A DNA stretch of 64,000 nt from Acidimicrobiia bacterium (GTDB lineage Bacteria; Actinomycetota; Acidimicrobiia; Spongiisociales; UBA5794): positions 414-64,413 of the forward strand of contig JASJCF010000005.1 of assembly GCA_030066265.1 (NCBI GenBank), written 5' to 3'. Under the pieces are notes generated by a model. The model made no database searches. It was not told the origin of the DNA and saw nothing but the letters and a program-made list of their open reading frames with translations. Both the position numbers and the translations under genes were made by a program. Positions 39,631 through 48,645 of the stretch are shown piece after piece. Position 1 is the first letter of the stretch, and every line of letters starts with the position of its first letter.

Positions 39631-40241
39631 CCGAGGAGACACCCTATCCCATCGATTTCGACGTGCCGGTCGACAGCGAGTACCGCAGCCGTGGCCTGGC
39701 CGCTCTCGGAGTCCTGCTCTTCGCCAAGGCGATCCTGCTGATCCCCCATCTGTTCCTGTTGCTCCTGTACTTCTTCGTGATCCAGGTCGTCGTGTGGATC
39801 GGGTATTGGTTCATCCTCTTCCAGGGTGGCAAACCGTTCTGGGTTGAGAACCTCGAGATCATCTTCGTGTCCTGGGCGTCGCGCGTGTTCGCCTGGTTCA
39901 CCAGCACCACCGACGTCTACCCGACCTTCGGCGCCGACGCCGACTACCCAGCCCAGGTGTCCGTCGTGGAGGCCCCCGAGCCTCAGAACCGTTGGCTGGC
40001 GGCTGCGGGGATCGTGCTCATCAGGCCCATCCTCGCCATCCCGCACCTGTTCATCCTCCTGTGGCTGACGCTGGGCACGCTGTTCGCAGCCTGGTTCGGT
40101 TACGTCGTGATCCTCATCACGGGTCAGCTCCCGCTGTCACTCCACTGGTACTTCGTGGCCTTCCATCGATGGTGGGCCCGCGTGTGGGGATGGATCGCAG
40201 CCCTGACGGACGAATACCCACCGTTCCACTTCCGGAGGTGA
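39627..40241 (+). CDS. DUF4389-type membrane protein (two repeats)
   Basis: Duplicated motif LIPHLFLLLLYFFV...W / AIPHLFILLWLTLG...W...YPPF. ATGA overlap with the previous gene. Confidence 0.7.
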   Translation: MTEETPYPIDFDVPVDSEYRSRGLAALGVLLFAKAILLIPHLFLLLLYFFVIQVVVWIGYWFILFQGGKPFWVENLEIIFVSWASRVFAWFTSTTDVYPTFGADADYPAQVSVVEAPEPQNRWLAAAGIVLIRPILAIPHLFILLWLTLGTLFAAWFGYVVILITGQLPLSLHWYFVAFHRWWARVWGWIAALTDEYPPFHFRR

Positions 40242-40298
40242 CGTGCGCCGGCGGGGCGCCGCCGATCGAGCGACATCCCCGCCGACGACAGTCTGAGG

Positions 40299-41252
40299 TC
40301 AGCCTTCGGCTGGGCACTGCCGCCTCACCGCTCGCTGGGACAGGCGAAGCACGGCGTACGCGAAGAGCACCAGCATGGCGATCGGGATCGCCACGGCACC
40401 GCCGATGATGATGAAGCTCACCGTTGCGAGCAAGACCTCGCCCGCCTGCTCGAAAGCCTCGGCGATGGGATTCGGATCTGCGGGATCGGCCGGCACACCC
40501 GGACCACCATCGGGCGCTTCGCTCACGCCGACGGTCAACGTTGCGTAGGCCGTTCTCGAGTCCAGGTATCGCAGCCGACCTTCGATCTGCTCGATCGTCA
40601 AGAGGACGTCCTGCATCCTGGTCTGGATCGTCACGAGATCCTGGATCGTGGTCGCCTCGGCCAGGAGGCGCCGATGGAACTGCTCTTGATCCCTCCAATA
40701 GCTCAGCCGGCCCTCGAGATCCACGTACTCCTCGGTGACGTCCTGGCTCGAGACCTGCGCGGCGACACGCTCACCGAGCTGCTCGACCCGAGAGACGGCC
40801 TCGTCGAAGCGCTCGGTCGGGACCTTGATCGTGAACCAGCCGACGGCATAGCGCTCGTCGTCGACATCCTCGATGCGGGACTCGCCGGATGCGACGTAGC
40901 CGCCGAGATCGCTGGCAATCACCCGAATCTGGCCGGCCGTGGCACCGAATGCACCGGGGTCGATGCGGATGTCCACCGAACCGTCCCGGATGATCTTGGC
41001 GTCGAAGGTGCCCGGCTCGATGTTCTCGAAGATGACGCGTCCGTCCTCGACAACGGCCCGGTACGCGCCCTCGCCGCTGGCATCGCTCTGCTCGGCGATG
41101 GGTTCAGCCTCGGCGACATCTCCGCCGTCGTCGACTGCCAGCATGCTCGCGTCGTCGTCAGACGAGCACGCTGCAACTGCCAACACGGCCACAACAGCCA
41201 GGATGATCAGGCGCAGGGTGACGGAATCGCTCCGCCCACTTCGTGTCTTCAT
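40299..41252 (-). CDS. DUF4349-domain lipoprotein
   Basis: Start ATG 41252 (SD ggagagag). Lipobox LAVAACSS. A central coiled region (VDLEGRLSYWRDQE...IEGRLRYLDSRTAYATLTV) and a C-terminal TM segment. Confidence 0.75.
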   Translation of the reverse strand: MKTRSGRSDSVTLRLIILAVVAVLAVAACSSDDDASMLAVDDGGDVAEAEPIAEQSDASGEGAYRAVVEDGRVIFENIEPGTFDAKIIRDGSVDIRIDPGAFGATAGQIRVIASDLGGYVASGESRIEDVDDERYAVGWFTIKVPTERFDEAVSRVEQLGERVAAQVSSQDVTEEYVDLEGRLSYWRDQEQFHRRLLAEATTIQDLVTIQTRMQDVLLTIEQIEGRLRYLDSRTAYATLTVGVSEAPDGGPGVPADPADPNPIAEAFEQAGEVLLATVSFIIIGGAVAIPIAMLVLFAYAVLRLSQRAVRRQCPAEG

Positions 41253-41403
41253 TGCTCTCTCCATTCGGTCTGCCGGCCCCCCGACCGGCTGCGCGTAGGA
41301 CGGGTGAACACGGCTACGAGGTTCCCGGCCGGACTCCTCGCCCGCCTTCCTCATGTCCCGTTCGAGCACGTCGCCATGCCGCCACCGGGCTAGCGTGCGG
41401 CCC

Positions 41404-42261
41404 ATGACACACCCATCCATCCCGGCCTCCGCCGTTGTGTCCGCCGACATCGACGATCATGTCGCCACCGTGTGGCTCGATCGGGCCGAGGCGAGGAACG
41501 CCTTTGCGCCGGAGTTCTGGCGGGACTTCCCCGCCGTCATCGAGGCCGTGGCTGCGGACCCCCGAACGCGGGTGATCATCGTTGCTGCCCGGGGGGACGC
41601 GTTCACGGTCGGCATCGACTTGAAGGCGTTCGGACCGATCCTGATGAGCGGAGGCGTCGATCCGGACGATCCGAGCCCGCCCGGTTCCGAGGTGGGACGA
41701 CGGCGTGCGATGTACGAACGCATCCGGGCCATGCAGCACACCTTCTCGGCCATCGCCGATTGTCCACAACCGGTGATTGCCGCCGTCCATGGCTACTGCA
41801 TCGGAGCCGGGGTCGACCTCATCACCGCATGTGACATGCGGTTCGCCTCCGCCGATGCCGTGTTCTCCGTGCGCGAGACCAAGCTGGCCATGGTCGCCGA
41901 CGTCGGGACCCTGCAGCGGCTCCCCGGCATCGTCGATCCCGGCTGGCTCGCTGACGTCGTGTACACGGGGCGAGACTTCGATGCCGCCGAGGCGCTCGAC
42001 CGGGGCCTGGTGTCGAAGGTGGCTGCGGATCCCGACGGCGTGCTCGAGCTCGCCCGTGCGGTCGCAGGGGACATCGCCGCGAACTCGCCTCTTGCCGTGC
42101 AAGGGGCGAAAGCCGTGCTACGGGCAGGCGAGGGCCGAGACGTCACCCAACACCTCGACTACGTCGCATTGTGGAACGCTGCGTTCATCCACTCGAACGA
42201 CTTCACCGAGGCGGCCATGGCATTTCTCCAGAAGCGGCCGCCGGAGTTCACCGGCGAGTAG
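41404..42261 (+). CDS. Enoyl-CoA hydratase/isomerase (crotonase) family protein
   Basis: VATVWLDRAEARNAF...VIIVAARGDAFTVGIDL...AAVHGYCIGAGVDLITACDMRFAS. Confidence 0.85.
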   Translation: MTHPSIPASAVVSADIDDHVATVWLDRAEARNAFAPEFWRDFPAVIEAVAADPRTRVIIVAARGDAFTVGIDLKAFGPILMSGGVDPDDPSPPGSEVGRRRAMYERIRAMQHTFSAIADCPQPVIAAVHGYCIGAGVDLITACDMRFASADAVFSVRETKLAMVADVGTLQRLPGIVDPGWLADVVYTGRDFDAAEALDRGLVSKVAADPDGVLELARAVAGDIAANSPLAVQGAKAVLRAGEGRDVTQHLDYVALWNAAFIHSNDFTEAAMAFLQKRPPEFTGE

Positions 42262-42409
42262 CGCCGGGGGATTTTCCCCGGTCGCATGATGAGCTTGTAC
42301 CATCAGTGCATGCACGGAATGCCCCGACATCATCGACGGCACCTGTTCGCAGCTCCGTAGGCGACGCTCTCGACGCGTCCCACCACCCACGAATGAACGG
42401 AGTACCGAC

Positions 42410-43681
42410 ATGACCGACCTGCAGAAACGCCTCCACGAGATCATCGCCCCCGTGATCGCCTTCGACAACGAGATCGAGATCACCGAGGGCAAGGGCAGTT
42501 GGGTGACGGGAGCCGACGGCAAGCAATACCTCGACTTCGCCTGCGGCATCGCAACGACGAACCTCGGACATCGGCCAGACGATGTCGTCGCCGCCGCCCA
42601 GGCGCAATTGAACAAGCTCTGGCACGCAGGCGGAGCGTTTCTGTACGAGCCCATCATCGAGGCCGCAGAGGCGATCGTCGGCATTGCGCCCGACAGCATC
42701 GAGAAGGCGTTCTTCATGAACTCGGGCGCCGAGGCGGTCGAGGCATCCGTGAAGCTCGCCCGCAAGGTGAGCGGGCGCCAGGGGATCATCACCTTCCGCG
42801 GTGCGTTCCATGGCCGAACGATGGGGTCGGTGACCTACACCACGTCGAAGGCGAAGTACCGACAGGGGTACCACCCGCTTCTGCCGTCGGTCTTCGTCAC
42901 ACCCTTCCCCCACCCCTTCGGTTGGGACATGACCCAGGAAGAGGCGAACGCATACGCGCTGCGCGAGCTCGAGATGAAGTTCCGCTACGAGGTGACGCCG
43001 CACGAGATCGCGGCGTTCCTGGTCGAGCCGATGCAAGGTGAGGGTGGGTATTACCCGGCAAGCCGCGAGTTCCTGCAGTCCCTCCGTGAGATCGCCGACG
43101 AGCATGGCATCCTCTTGATGATCGACGAGGTGCAGACCGGCTTCGGCCGCACCGGCGATTGGTTCACGAGTCAGGTCTACGACGTCGAGCCCGACGTGAT
43201 GATCATGGGCAAGGCAATTGCCAACGGCCTTCCGCTGTCGGGCGTTGCATCATCGGCCGAGATCATGGATCAGTGGCGTCCTGGTTCGCACGGGACCACC
43301 TTCGGCGGTAACCCCGTGTCATGTGCGGCATCCGCTGCGACCGTTGCCGGCCTCCGGGACGTGGTCCCCACCGTGCCGGCGACATCCGAGTACGCGTTCT
43401 CCCGCTGGAACGAACTCAAGGACCGCCATCGCACCATCGGCGACGTGCGAGGTCTCGGACTGATGATCGGAATCGAGCTGGTCAGCGAGGGGAACACCCC
43501 CGATCCACATGCCTTCGAAGCGATCTCCGCTCATGCGATCGATCGCGGCATGTTCATCCTCAATTGCGGTCCCGACGGAAACGTGATCCGGTTCATCCCG
43601 CCCCTCAACGTGTCCCGGGAGGATCTGGATCTCGGGATCGACATCCTCGCCGAGGGCATCGCCGCGTACGAGAACCGCTGA
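42410..43681 (+). CDS. Class-III (GabT-like) PLP aminotransferase
   Basis: LDFACGIATTNLGH...NSGAEAVEASVKLAR...LMIDEVQTGFGRTG...MGKAIANGLPL...HGTTFGGNP. Confidence 0.9.
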   Translation: MTDLQKRLHEIIAPVIAFDNEIEITEGKGSWVTGADGKQYLDFACGIATTNLGHRPDDVVAAAQAQLNKLWHAGGAFLYEPIIEAAEAIVGIAPDSIEKAFFMNSGAEAVEASVKLARKVSGRQGIITFRGAFHGRTMGSVTYTTSKAKYRQGYHPLLPSVFVTPFPHPFGWDMTQEEANAYALRELEMKFRYEVTPHEIAAFLVEPMQGEGGYYPASREFLQSLREIADEHGILLMIDEVQTGFGRTGDWFTSQVYDVEPDVMIMGKAIANGLPLSGVASSAEIMDQWRPGSHGTTFGGNPVSCAASAATVAGLRDVVPTVPATSEYAFSRWNELKDRHRTIGDVRGLGLMIGIELVSEGNTPDPHAFEAISAHAIDRGMFILNCGPDGNVIRFIPPLNVSREDLDLGIDILAEGIAAYENR

Positions 43682-43726
43682 CTGCTCGAGACCGCCTGCG
43701 GGCGGACTCGCAGTCACCGACGCAGA

Positions 43727-43752
43727 GAAGCCCCGGCACTCGCCGGGGCTTC
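43727..43752. terminator. Bidirectional hairpin terminator
   Basis: gaagccccggc-actc-gccggggcttc, a perfect 11-bp stem between convergent genes. Confidence 0.65.
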
Positions 43753-43775
43753 CGATCTTCACCGACGGAGTCGGC

Positions 43776-43967
43776 CTACTCCTCGCTGGTGAGAACGCCG
43801 CGCAGGCGCGGGTACCGCACCGGACGATGGGTGTGGCAGAACTCTGCCCGGTTGTATCGCGACAACTGCGTCGTGCACTCGGCGTGTGCGCAGGTCCGGT
43901 CCTCGTCGTAGGTCTTGGGACGACGAGAGCGGCCCTTGGGCCGCGATGCCTTGAGGATGTCAGACAT
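43776..43967 (-). CDS. Small conserved-looking Cys/His protein (63 aa)
   Basis: MSDILKASRPKGRSRRPKTYDEDRTCAHAECTTQLSRYNRAEFCHTHRP... has a C.H..C....C.H pattern. It lies immediately downstream of lnt on the same strand. Confidence 0.55.
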   Translation of the reverse strand: MSDILKASRPKGRSRRPKTYDEDRTCAHAECTTQLSRYNRAEFCHTHRPVRYPRLRGVLTSEE

Positions 43968-44071
43968 GTATCTAGGTGCCTTTCTTCGTGCCTCGAAAAA
44001 CGGCGCCGGCCTGGTCGAAGACACGCGGCAACGGCACCGGGAAGATCTCGGTTGCTGCGATTCTATTGGCC

Positions 44072-45583
44072 CTACCCCGAAGGTGCAAAACCATTCGAAG
44101 CTCCGCGGCCGCCAACGGCCGTCTTGTCGCGCTCGGAACTGCGGCTGACCACCACGGCGGCGAGGGCGGCAGCCATGGCGAGGAAGGCCAGCCAGTCTCC
44201 AAATCGGGCCCACAGCGTCGGGCCATCAGTGTTGAACCGCATGGTTCCGTAGAGCACCCGTTCTTCGAGCTGATCGGTGGTCTCACCGACGGTTCCGTCA
44301 GCGCCGATGAACGTGGACTTCCCGGTGATCGAGGCATACGCCGTGTCCAGTCCGATCGCCGCAGCGTTGACACGAACCATGCCGATCGCCTGATCCGTTG
44401 CGGGCGATCGACCATACGACGACGTGTTGGTGGTGACCACCATCATCTCCGCCCCAGCATTCGCCGTGGACCTGACCGAGCGTGCGAACGATCCCTCGAA
44501 CGAGATGACCGAGCCCAACGCACCCTCGCTGGTCGGGAAGACGACCGCTTCGGTGCCTCGGATCATGTCTCGGGGGACCCGGTCGAGCTGAGGGACGAAG
44601 TCGAACAGGCCCCGAAGCGGGACGAACTCTCCGAAGGGAACCGGATGCCGCTTGAGGTACTCACCAACCTTGACGCCATCGGGCGAATACAGGATGTTCA
44701 CGTTGAAGAAGTTGTCGTCTCCCTCGACCCGCGTGCCGGAGATGAGGATGTAGGCATCGAGGCGTCTCGCCTGCTCGATGATCGCCTGGAAGACCTCATC
44801 GTTGTTCTCGGGTTCGTACGGCGTGCCCGTCGAGTTCTCCGGCCAGATCACGAAGTCCACCGAACCGGCGGGGATGCCCTGCGTGAGCTCGAGATGTTGC
44901 TCGAAGATGCGCTGATTCTCGTTCTGGCACCGGGTCATCGGGCACGGTGAACCTCCCTGGACGATCGCCGACCTCCACACCTGCCCCGCCGGCGACGGAG
45001 CGAGGAAGAACCCGGCGATCGACAGCAGGATGATCACGCTGCCTGCATCGACGACCATCCGCCAGTCCTTGTGATGCTCGATCACCAGTGTCACCCCCGC
45101 CGCAAAGGCGACGACGAGCACCGTCCATCCCGCAGGTCCGATCCATTGCACGGAGCCGATAGGACCGGGGAGGCCCGCTGCGGGGTATCCGATATCGCCC
45201 CACGGAAAACCACCGAAGGGGAATCGGCCACGAATGAACTCCATGGCGACCCATCCCCCGACGGCGATCAGCCACCAGCGCCACGGCGTCCACAGACGGA
45301 AGACCCAGATCACCGCCACGTACAACGCGGTGAACGACCCCATGACGATGGAGAGAGGGAACCACGCAACGAATCCGAGCACCATCAACCAGTTGAGGAG
45401 CAGACCGAAGAACGCAGCCCCCCAGAAGAACCCGAGCGCAACGGCGTATGCGGCGCGTTCGACCATCCGTATGCCGATGAAGAGCGGCACCGGCGCGACG
45501 AAGGCGAGGGCTCCGAACCCGACAGGCGGGAACGCTGCCCACATCAGGACGGCGCTCGCTGCGACCAAGGCGAACGGGATCAT
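44072..45583 (-). CDS. lnt: Apolipoprotein N-acyltransferase homologue (nucleophile position is Ser)
   Basis: Polytopic N-terminus plus a CN-hydrolase domain. FVIWPENS, YLKRHPVPFGEFVPL and GSVISFEG align by eye to E. coli IIWPESA (E267), YNKNHLVPFGEFVPL (K335) and AAICYEI (C387). Confidence 0.85.
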   Translation of the reverse strand: MIPFALVAASAVLMWAAFPPVGFGALAFVAPVPLFIGIRMVERAAYAVALGFFWGAAFFGLLLNWLMVLGFVAWFPLSIVMGSFTALYVAVIWVFRLWTPWRWWLIAVGGWVAMEFIRGRFPFGGFPWGDIGYPAAGLPGPIGSVQWIGPAGWTVLVVAFAAGVTLVIEHHKDWRMVVDAGSVIILLSIAGFFLAPSPAGQVWRSAIVQGGSPCPMTRCQNENQRIFEQHLELTQGIPAGSVDFVIWPENSTGTPYEPENNDEVFQAIIEQARRLDAYILISGTRVEGDDNFFNVNILYSPDGVKVGEYLKRHPVPFGEFVPLRGLFDFVPQLDRVPRDMIRGTEAVVFPTSEGALGSVISFEGSFARSVRSTANAGAEMMVVTTNTSSYGRSPATDQAIGMVRVNAAAIGLDTAYASITGKSTFIGADGTVGETTDQLEERVLYGTMRFNTDGPTLWARFGDWLAFLAMAAALAAVVVSRSSERDKTAVGGRGASNGFAPSG

Positions 45584-45665
45584 GGGCAGAGAGGATAGGG
45601 AACGAGGTCGGTGTCGACCGTGAGACCTCCGATGCGGACGATCGGGAGCTGACTACTGTCGCCCC

Positions 45666-46457
45666 ATGGACGACCTGCACCTTGCGATCGAAGCGGCACG
45701 AGCAGGTGGGGCGGTGGTATCCCGGTTCTTCGGATCGCCTCCCGACCCGGAGTACAAGGGGAAATTCGACCCGGTCACCGTGGTCGACCGCGCAGCCGAG
45801 GAGGCGATCATCAGCCTCATCCGAAAGGAGCGGCCCGACGACGCCATCCTGGCCGAGGAGGCGGGTGGCACGGTCTCGGACGGACGGCAGTGGATCATCG
45901 ATCCCCTCGACGGGACCGTCAACTTCGTTCACTCGATCCCACACGTATCGGTGAGCATCGCCCTGTACGAGGGGCCCAGAGCTCTGGTCGGGGTTGTCCT
46001 CGATCCGCTCCGCGACGAGCTGTTCAGCGCTGCCGCCGACGAAGGTGCACGACTCAACGGTCACGTCATCTCGGTCTCCGCCGAGCATGACCTCGAACGC
46101 TCCGTGGTGGCCACGGGATTTCCCTACGACCACGATCAGCACGCGGACGATCTCGCCGTCGTGCTTCGCGAGATGCTCCGACGCGTCAACGGCATTCGGA
46201 GGCTCGGTTCGGCGGCTCTCGACCTCGCGTGGGTGGCGGCGGGCCGATACGAGGCGTACTGGGAGCTGGGCATCGCCCCGTGGGATGGTGCTGCGGGGAT
46301 GATGCTCGTCCGCGAAGCAGGAGGTCGGGTGACCGATCCCTACGGCCGGGATTCCACGCCGCACAACGGCCTCGTGGTCGCCTCCAACGGCGTCGTCCAC
46401 GACGAGTTCCGCGGCGTGGTCGAATCCTGGATGCCGATGCGCCTCGTCGATCCGTGA
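45666..46457 (+). CDS. Inositol monophosphatase family protein
   Basis: ILAEEAGG...WIIDPLDGTVNFVH...ATGFPY...WDGAAG. Confidence 0.9.
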   Translation: MDDLHLAIEAARAGGAVVSRFFGSPPDPEYKGKFDPVTVVDRAAEEAIISLIRKERPDDAILAEEAGGTVSDGRQWIIDPLDGTVNFVHSIPHVSVSIALYEGPRALVGVVLDPLRDELFSAAADEGARLNGHVISVSAEHDLERSVVATGFPYDHDQHADDLAVVLREMLRRVNGIRRLGSAALDLAWVAAGRYEAYWELGIAPWDGAAGMMLVREAGGRVTDPYGRDSTPHNGLVVASNGVVHDEFRGVVESWMPMRLVDP

Positions 46458-48022
46458 GGAAGCTCATCACGGCCGAGGCGGTGGTCACCGGGGCGGGCCA
46501 CCGCGGCACGGCCGTGCTGGTCGACCGGGGAAAGATCCTTGCCGTCGGGCAGCGAGAGGACCTCGAGCAACCCGGCCTCGAGCACGTGGCGCATCGGGAC
46601 GGATTCCTCTACCCGGGGTTTCGAGATGCGCACCTCCATGCGGTCCCCTACGCGTCGCTCCTGGCGGGCTGTTCGCTGAAGCGAGCGACATCCATCGACG
46701 ATCTCGTTGCTCGGCTGGAGTCTCATGCCGAGCGGCTGCCACCCGGCAAGCCCGTCGTGGCCACTCGCATGGATGACGAGCACCTCGCAGAGCGCCGCCT
46801 CCCGACCCGATGGGACCTCGATCGTGCGGTGCCGGATCGCCCTGCCGTCATCTACCGGTATTGCGGCCACGTGGCCGTGGCGAACAGCGAGGCGCTGGCA
46901 GCGTCAGGCATCAACAGCACCACCCCGGACCCTGAGGGTGGCACCATCGACCGCGACGCCTCTGGACATCCGAATGGAATCCTGCGCGAGACGGCCGCCG
47001 GAATGATCGCTCCTGCGCTCGCCCGTGGCAGCGACCTCGACCCAGCGACGCTCATCGCCGGTCTCGAGCGTCTTGCGAGCCTCGGCATCACCTCGGTCGG
47101 CGCCATGATGGGATACGGCGAGCAACCATCGGAGAAGCTCGAGGCGGAGGTCGAGGTCTGGCGGGCCGCAGCTCCGGACCTTCCCATCAACGTCGCAGGC
47201 ATCACGATCACCGACGATCCCGCTCTCTTGAGGCATGCTGCCGATCGACTCACCGGGGCAAGTCCCCGCCTCCGATGGCTCGGGGTCAAGCGGTTCGCCG
47301 ACGGGAGCTTGGGTGGGCACACCGCCGCCATGAGCGCACCGTTCGCCGACGTCGAGACCGCAGGCACCTATCGGCTCACCGAAGCGGACGCCGCCGTGGC
47401 GAAGAACGCCCTCGAACTCGACGGCATGGTCTGCATCCACGCCATCGGTGATGGCGCCGTCGAAGGTGTCCTCGACCTGTTCTCCGAGCTGATTGCGACC
47501 GGCGCCGACCCGAAGCGGCTTCGCATGGAGCACGCATCGGTGATCCGGCCAGACCAGGTGCGCCGGTTTGCAGATCTCGGTGCAACCGCCTGCGTACAGC
47601 CCGCCTTCCTCGCCTCGGAGGCGGACTGGGTCGCAGATCGAGTCGGACCCGAGCGGGCACCGTGGCTGTATCCGTTTCGGTCCATGCTCGAGGCCGGAAT
47701 CCCTCTGGCCGGATCGTCAGACTGCCCGGTCGAGCCTCCCCATCCCCTGTGGGGCATGGCCGCCGCTGTCGACCGATGCGGCATCTCGCCTTCGGAGGCA
47801 CTCACGGCGCATCAGGCAGTCGACATGTTCACGACGGGCGCCGCAGCGGCCATCGACGAGCCAACCCCCCTCGACACCGGAACGTCGGCAGATCTGGTGG
47901 TGCTGGACCGGGATGTGTCCGAGGCGACGCCGGAGGAGATCCGCAACGCCACCGTTCTCGCCACCTACGTCGCAGGCGAGCCCGTGGCGTGGGACCCTTC
48001 CCCACCGGCATGGATCGATTGA
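46454..48022 (+). CDS. Amidohydrolase-3 (YtcJ-like) metal-dependent hydrolase
   Basis: The GTG start overlaps the IMPase stop (GTGA). YPGFRDAHLH...VCIHAIGDGA...GSDCPVEP. Confidence 0.85.
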   Translation: MRKLITAEAVVTGAGHRGTAVLVDRGKILAVGQREDLEQPGLEHVAHRDGFLYPGFRDAHLHAVPYASLLAGCSLKRATSIDDLVARLESHAERLPPGKPVVATRMDDEHLAERRLPTRWDLDRAVPDRPAVIYRYCGHVAVANSEALAASGINSTTPDPEGGTIDRDASGHPNGILRETAAGMIAPALARGSDLDPATLIAGLERLASLGITSVGAMMGYGEQPSEKLEAEVEVWRAAAPDLPINVAGITITDDPALLRHAADRLTGASPRLRWLGVKRFADGSLGGHTAAMSAPFADVETAGTYRLTEADAAVAKNALELDGMVCIHAIGDGAVEGVLDLFSELIATGADPKRLRMEHASVIRPDQVRRFADLGATACVQPAFLASEADWVADRVGPERAPWLYPFRSMLEAGIPLAGSSDCPVEPPHPLWGMAAAVDRCGISPSEALTAHQAVDMFTTGAAAAIDEPTPLDTGTSADLVVLDRDVSEATPEEIRNATVLATYVAGEPVAWDPSPPAWID

Positions 48023-48088
48023 GGCGTCGATCGCGGCGTTGGTCGATCGCGGCGTTGATCGATCGCGATGTTGATCGAACGAGACCGT
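48023..48088. repeat. Decaying 16-nt tandem repeat rich in CGATCG
   Basis: ggcgtcgatcgcggcgtt / ggtcgatcgcggcgtt / gatcgatcgcgatgtt / gatcgaacgagaccgt, directly after the stop codon. Confidence 0.8.
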
Positions 48089-48143
48089 CCATCGAGACCT
48101 GGAACAACGGAAGCGTGAATCAGCGGGAGGACTCGGCGTCGGA

Positions 48144-48332
48144 TCAGGCAGGTCGCCCGGACCAACAGCCGGTGCAGTACGCGCCCCATTCGCCGTAGCG
48201 CGGGTCGTGGGTGAGCGCCTCGCCACAGGAGGTGCAACGGGACCGCACGAAGTCGTCGGCGACGCGCACGTGGGGGCCGTCCGAGGAAAGCAGTTCGGAC
48301 ACCAGGATCGCGTTGGATCGGCCATTCACCAT
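48144..48332 (-). CDS. Small zinc-ribbon-like hypothetical protein (62 aa)
   Basis: MVNGRSNAILVSELLSSDGPHVRVADDFVRSRCTSCGE...YCTGCWSGRPA. High GC3 and two CxxC pairs. It lies 40 nt downstream of the SelW-like gene. The SD is weak. Confidence 0.45.
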   Translation of the reverse strand: MVNGRSNAILVSELLSSDGPHVRVADDFVRSRCTSCGEALTHDPRYGEWGAYCTGCWSGRPA

Positions 48333-48372
48333 CGCCGGAAGGTACCGCCGTACCCGGCCTAGATGCCGGCGC

Positions 48373-48645
48373 TCAGCCTTCTTGGCTCTCCGGGACCGGC
48401 CCCACGATGGCGTCGATCGATGCGATGACCTCTTCGATGGTTGCGTGGCGGCCCAGCTCCTTCTTGGAGAACACGAGCTGGTCGCCCACTTCGACCTCGA
48501 AGACGCCTCCACGGCCGGGGATCACCGTGACGGACTCGATGTAGTGCTCGAACTTGTCGAGGATTGCCTGAACCATGCTCACGGCACGGTCGGTATAGCC
48601 TCAAGCCGCGCAGTATTCGAGGGATAGCTTCTTCATGCGCAGCAT
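48373..48645 (-). CDS. SelW/Rdx-family redox protein with in-frame TGA (probable selenocysteine) in a CxxU motif
   Basis: Track ORF 48373..48582 lacks the redox motif. Reading upstream in the same frame gives MLRMKKLSLEYCAA-TGA(48603..48601)-GYTDRAVSMVQAILDKF...IPGRGGVFEVEV.G.LVFSKKE.G. This matches the Rdx pattern IEYCxx[C/U]. SD GAGGA lies 8 nt before ATG 48645. Confidence 0.65.
48571..48591 (-). promoter_or_regulatory. Candidate bacterial SECIS hairpin
   Basis: On the mRNA: UGA-ggcuauacc-GACCGUG-ccgugag-CAUGGUU. A 7-bp stem (two G-U pairs) and a 7-nt loop containing GU. The loop begins about 17 nt after the UGA. Confidence 0.4.

Noticed and set aside
42264-42281. Hairpin ccgggg(g)-attt-(t)ccccgg after the enoyl-CoA hydratase stop, considered as a terminator
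   Set aside because: The stem is only 6-7 bp and no U-tract follows. This is too weak to call.
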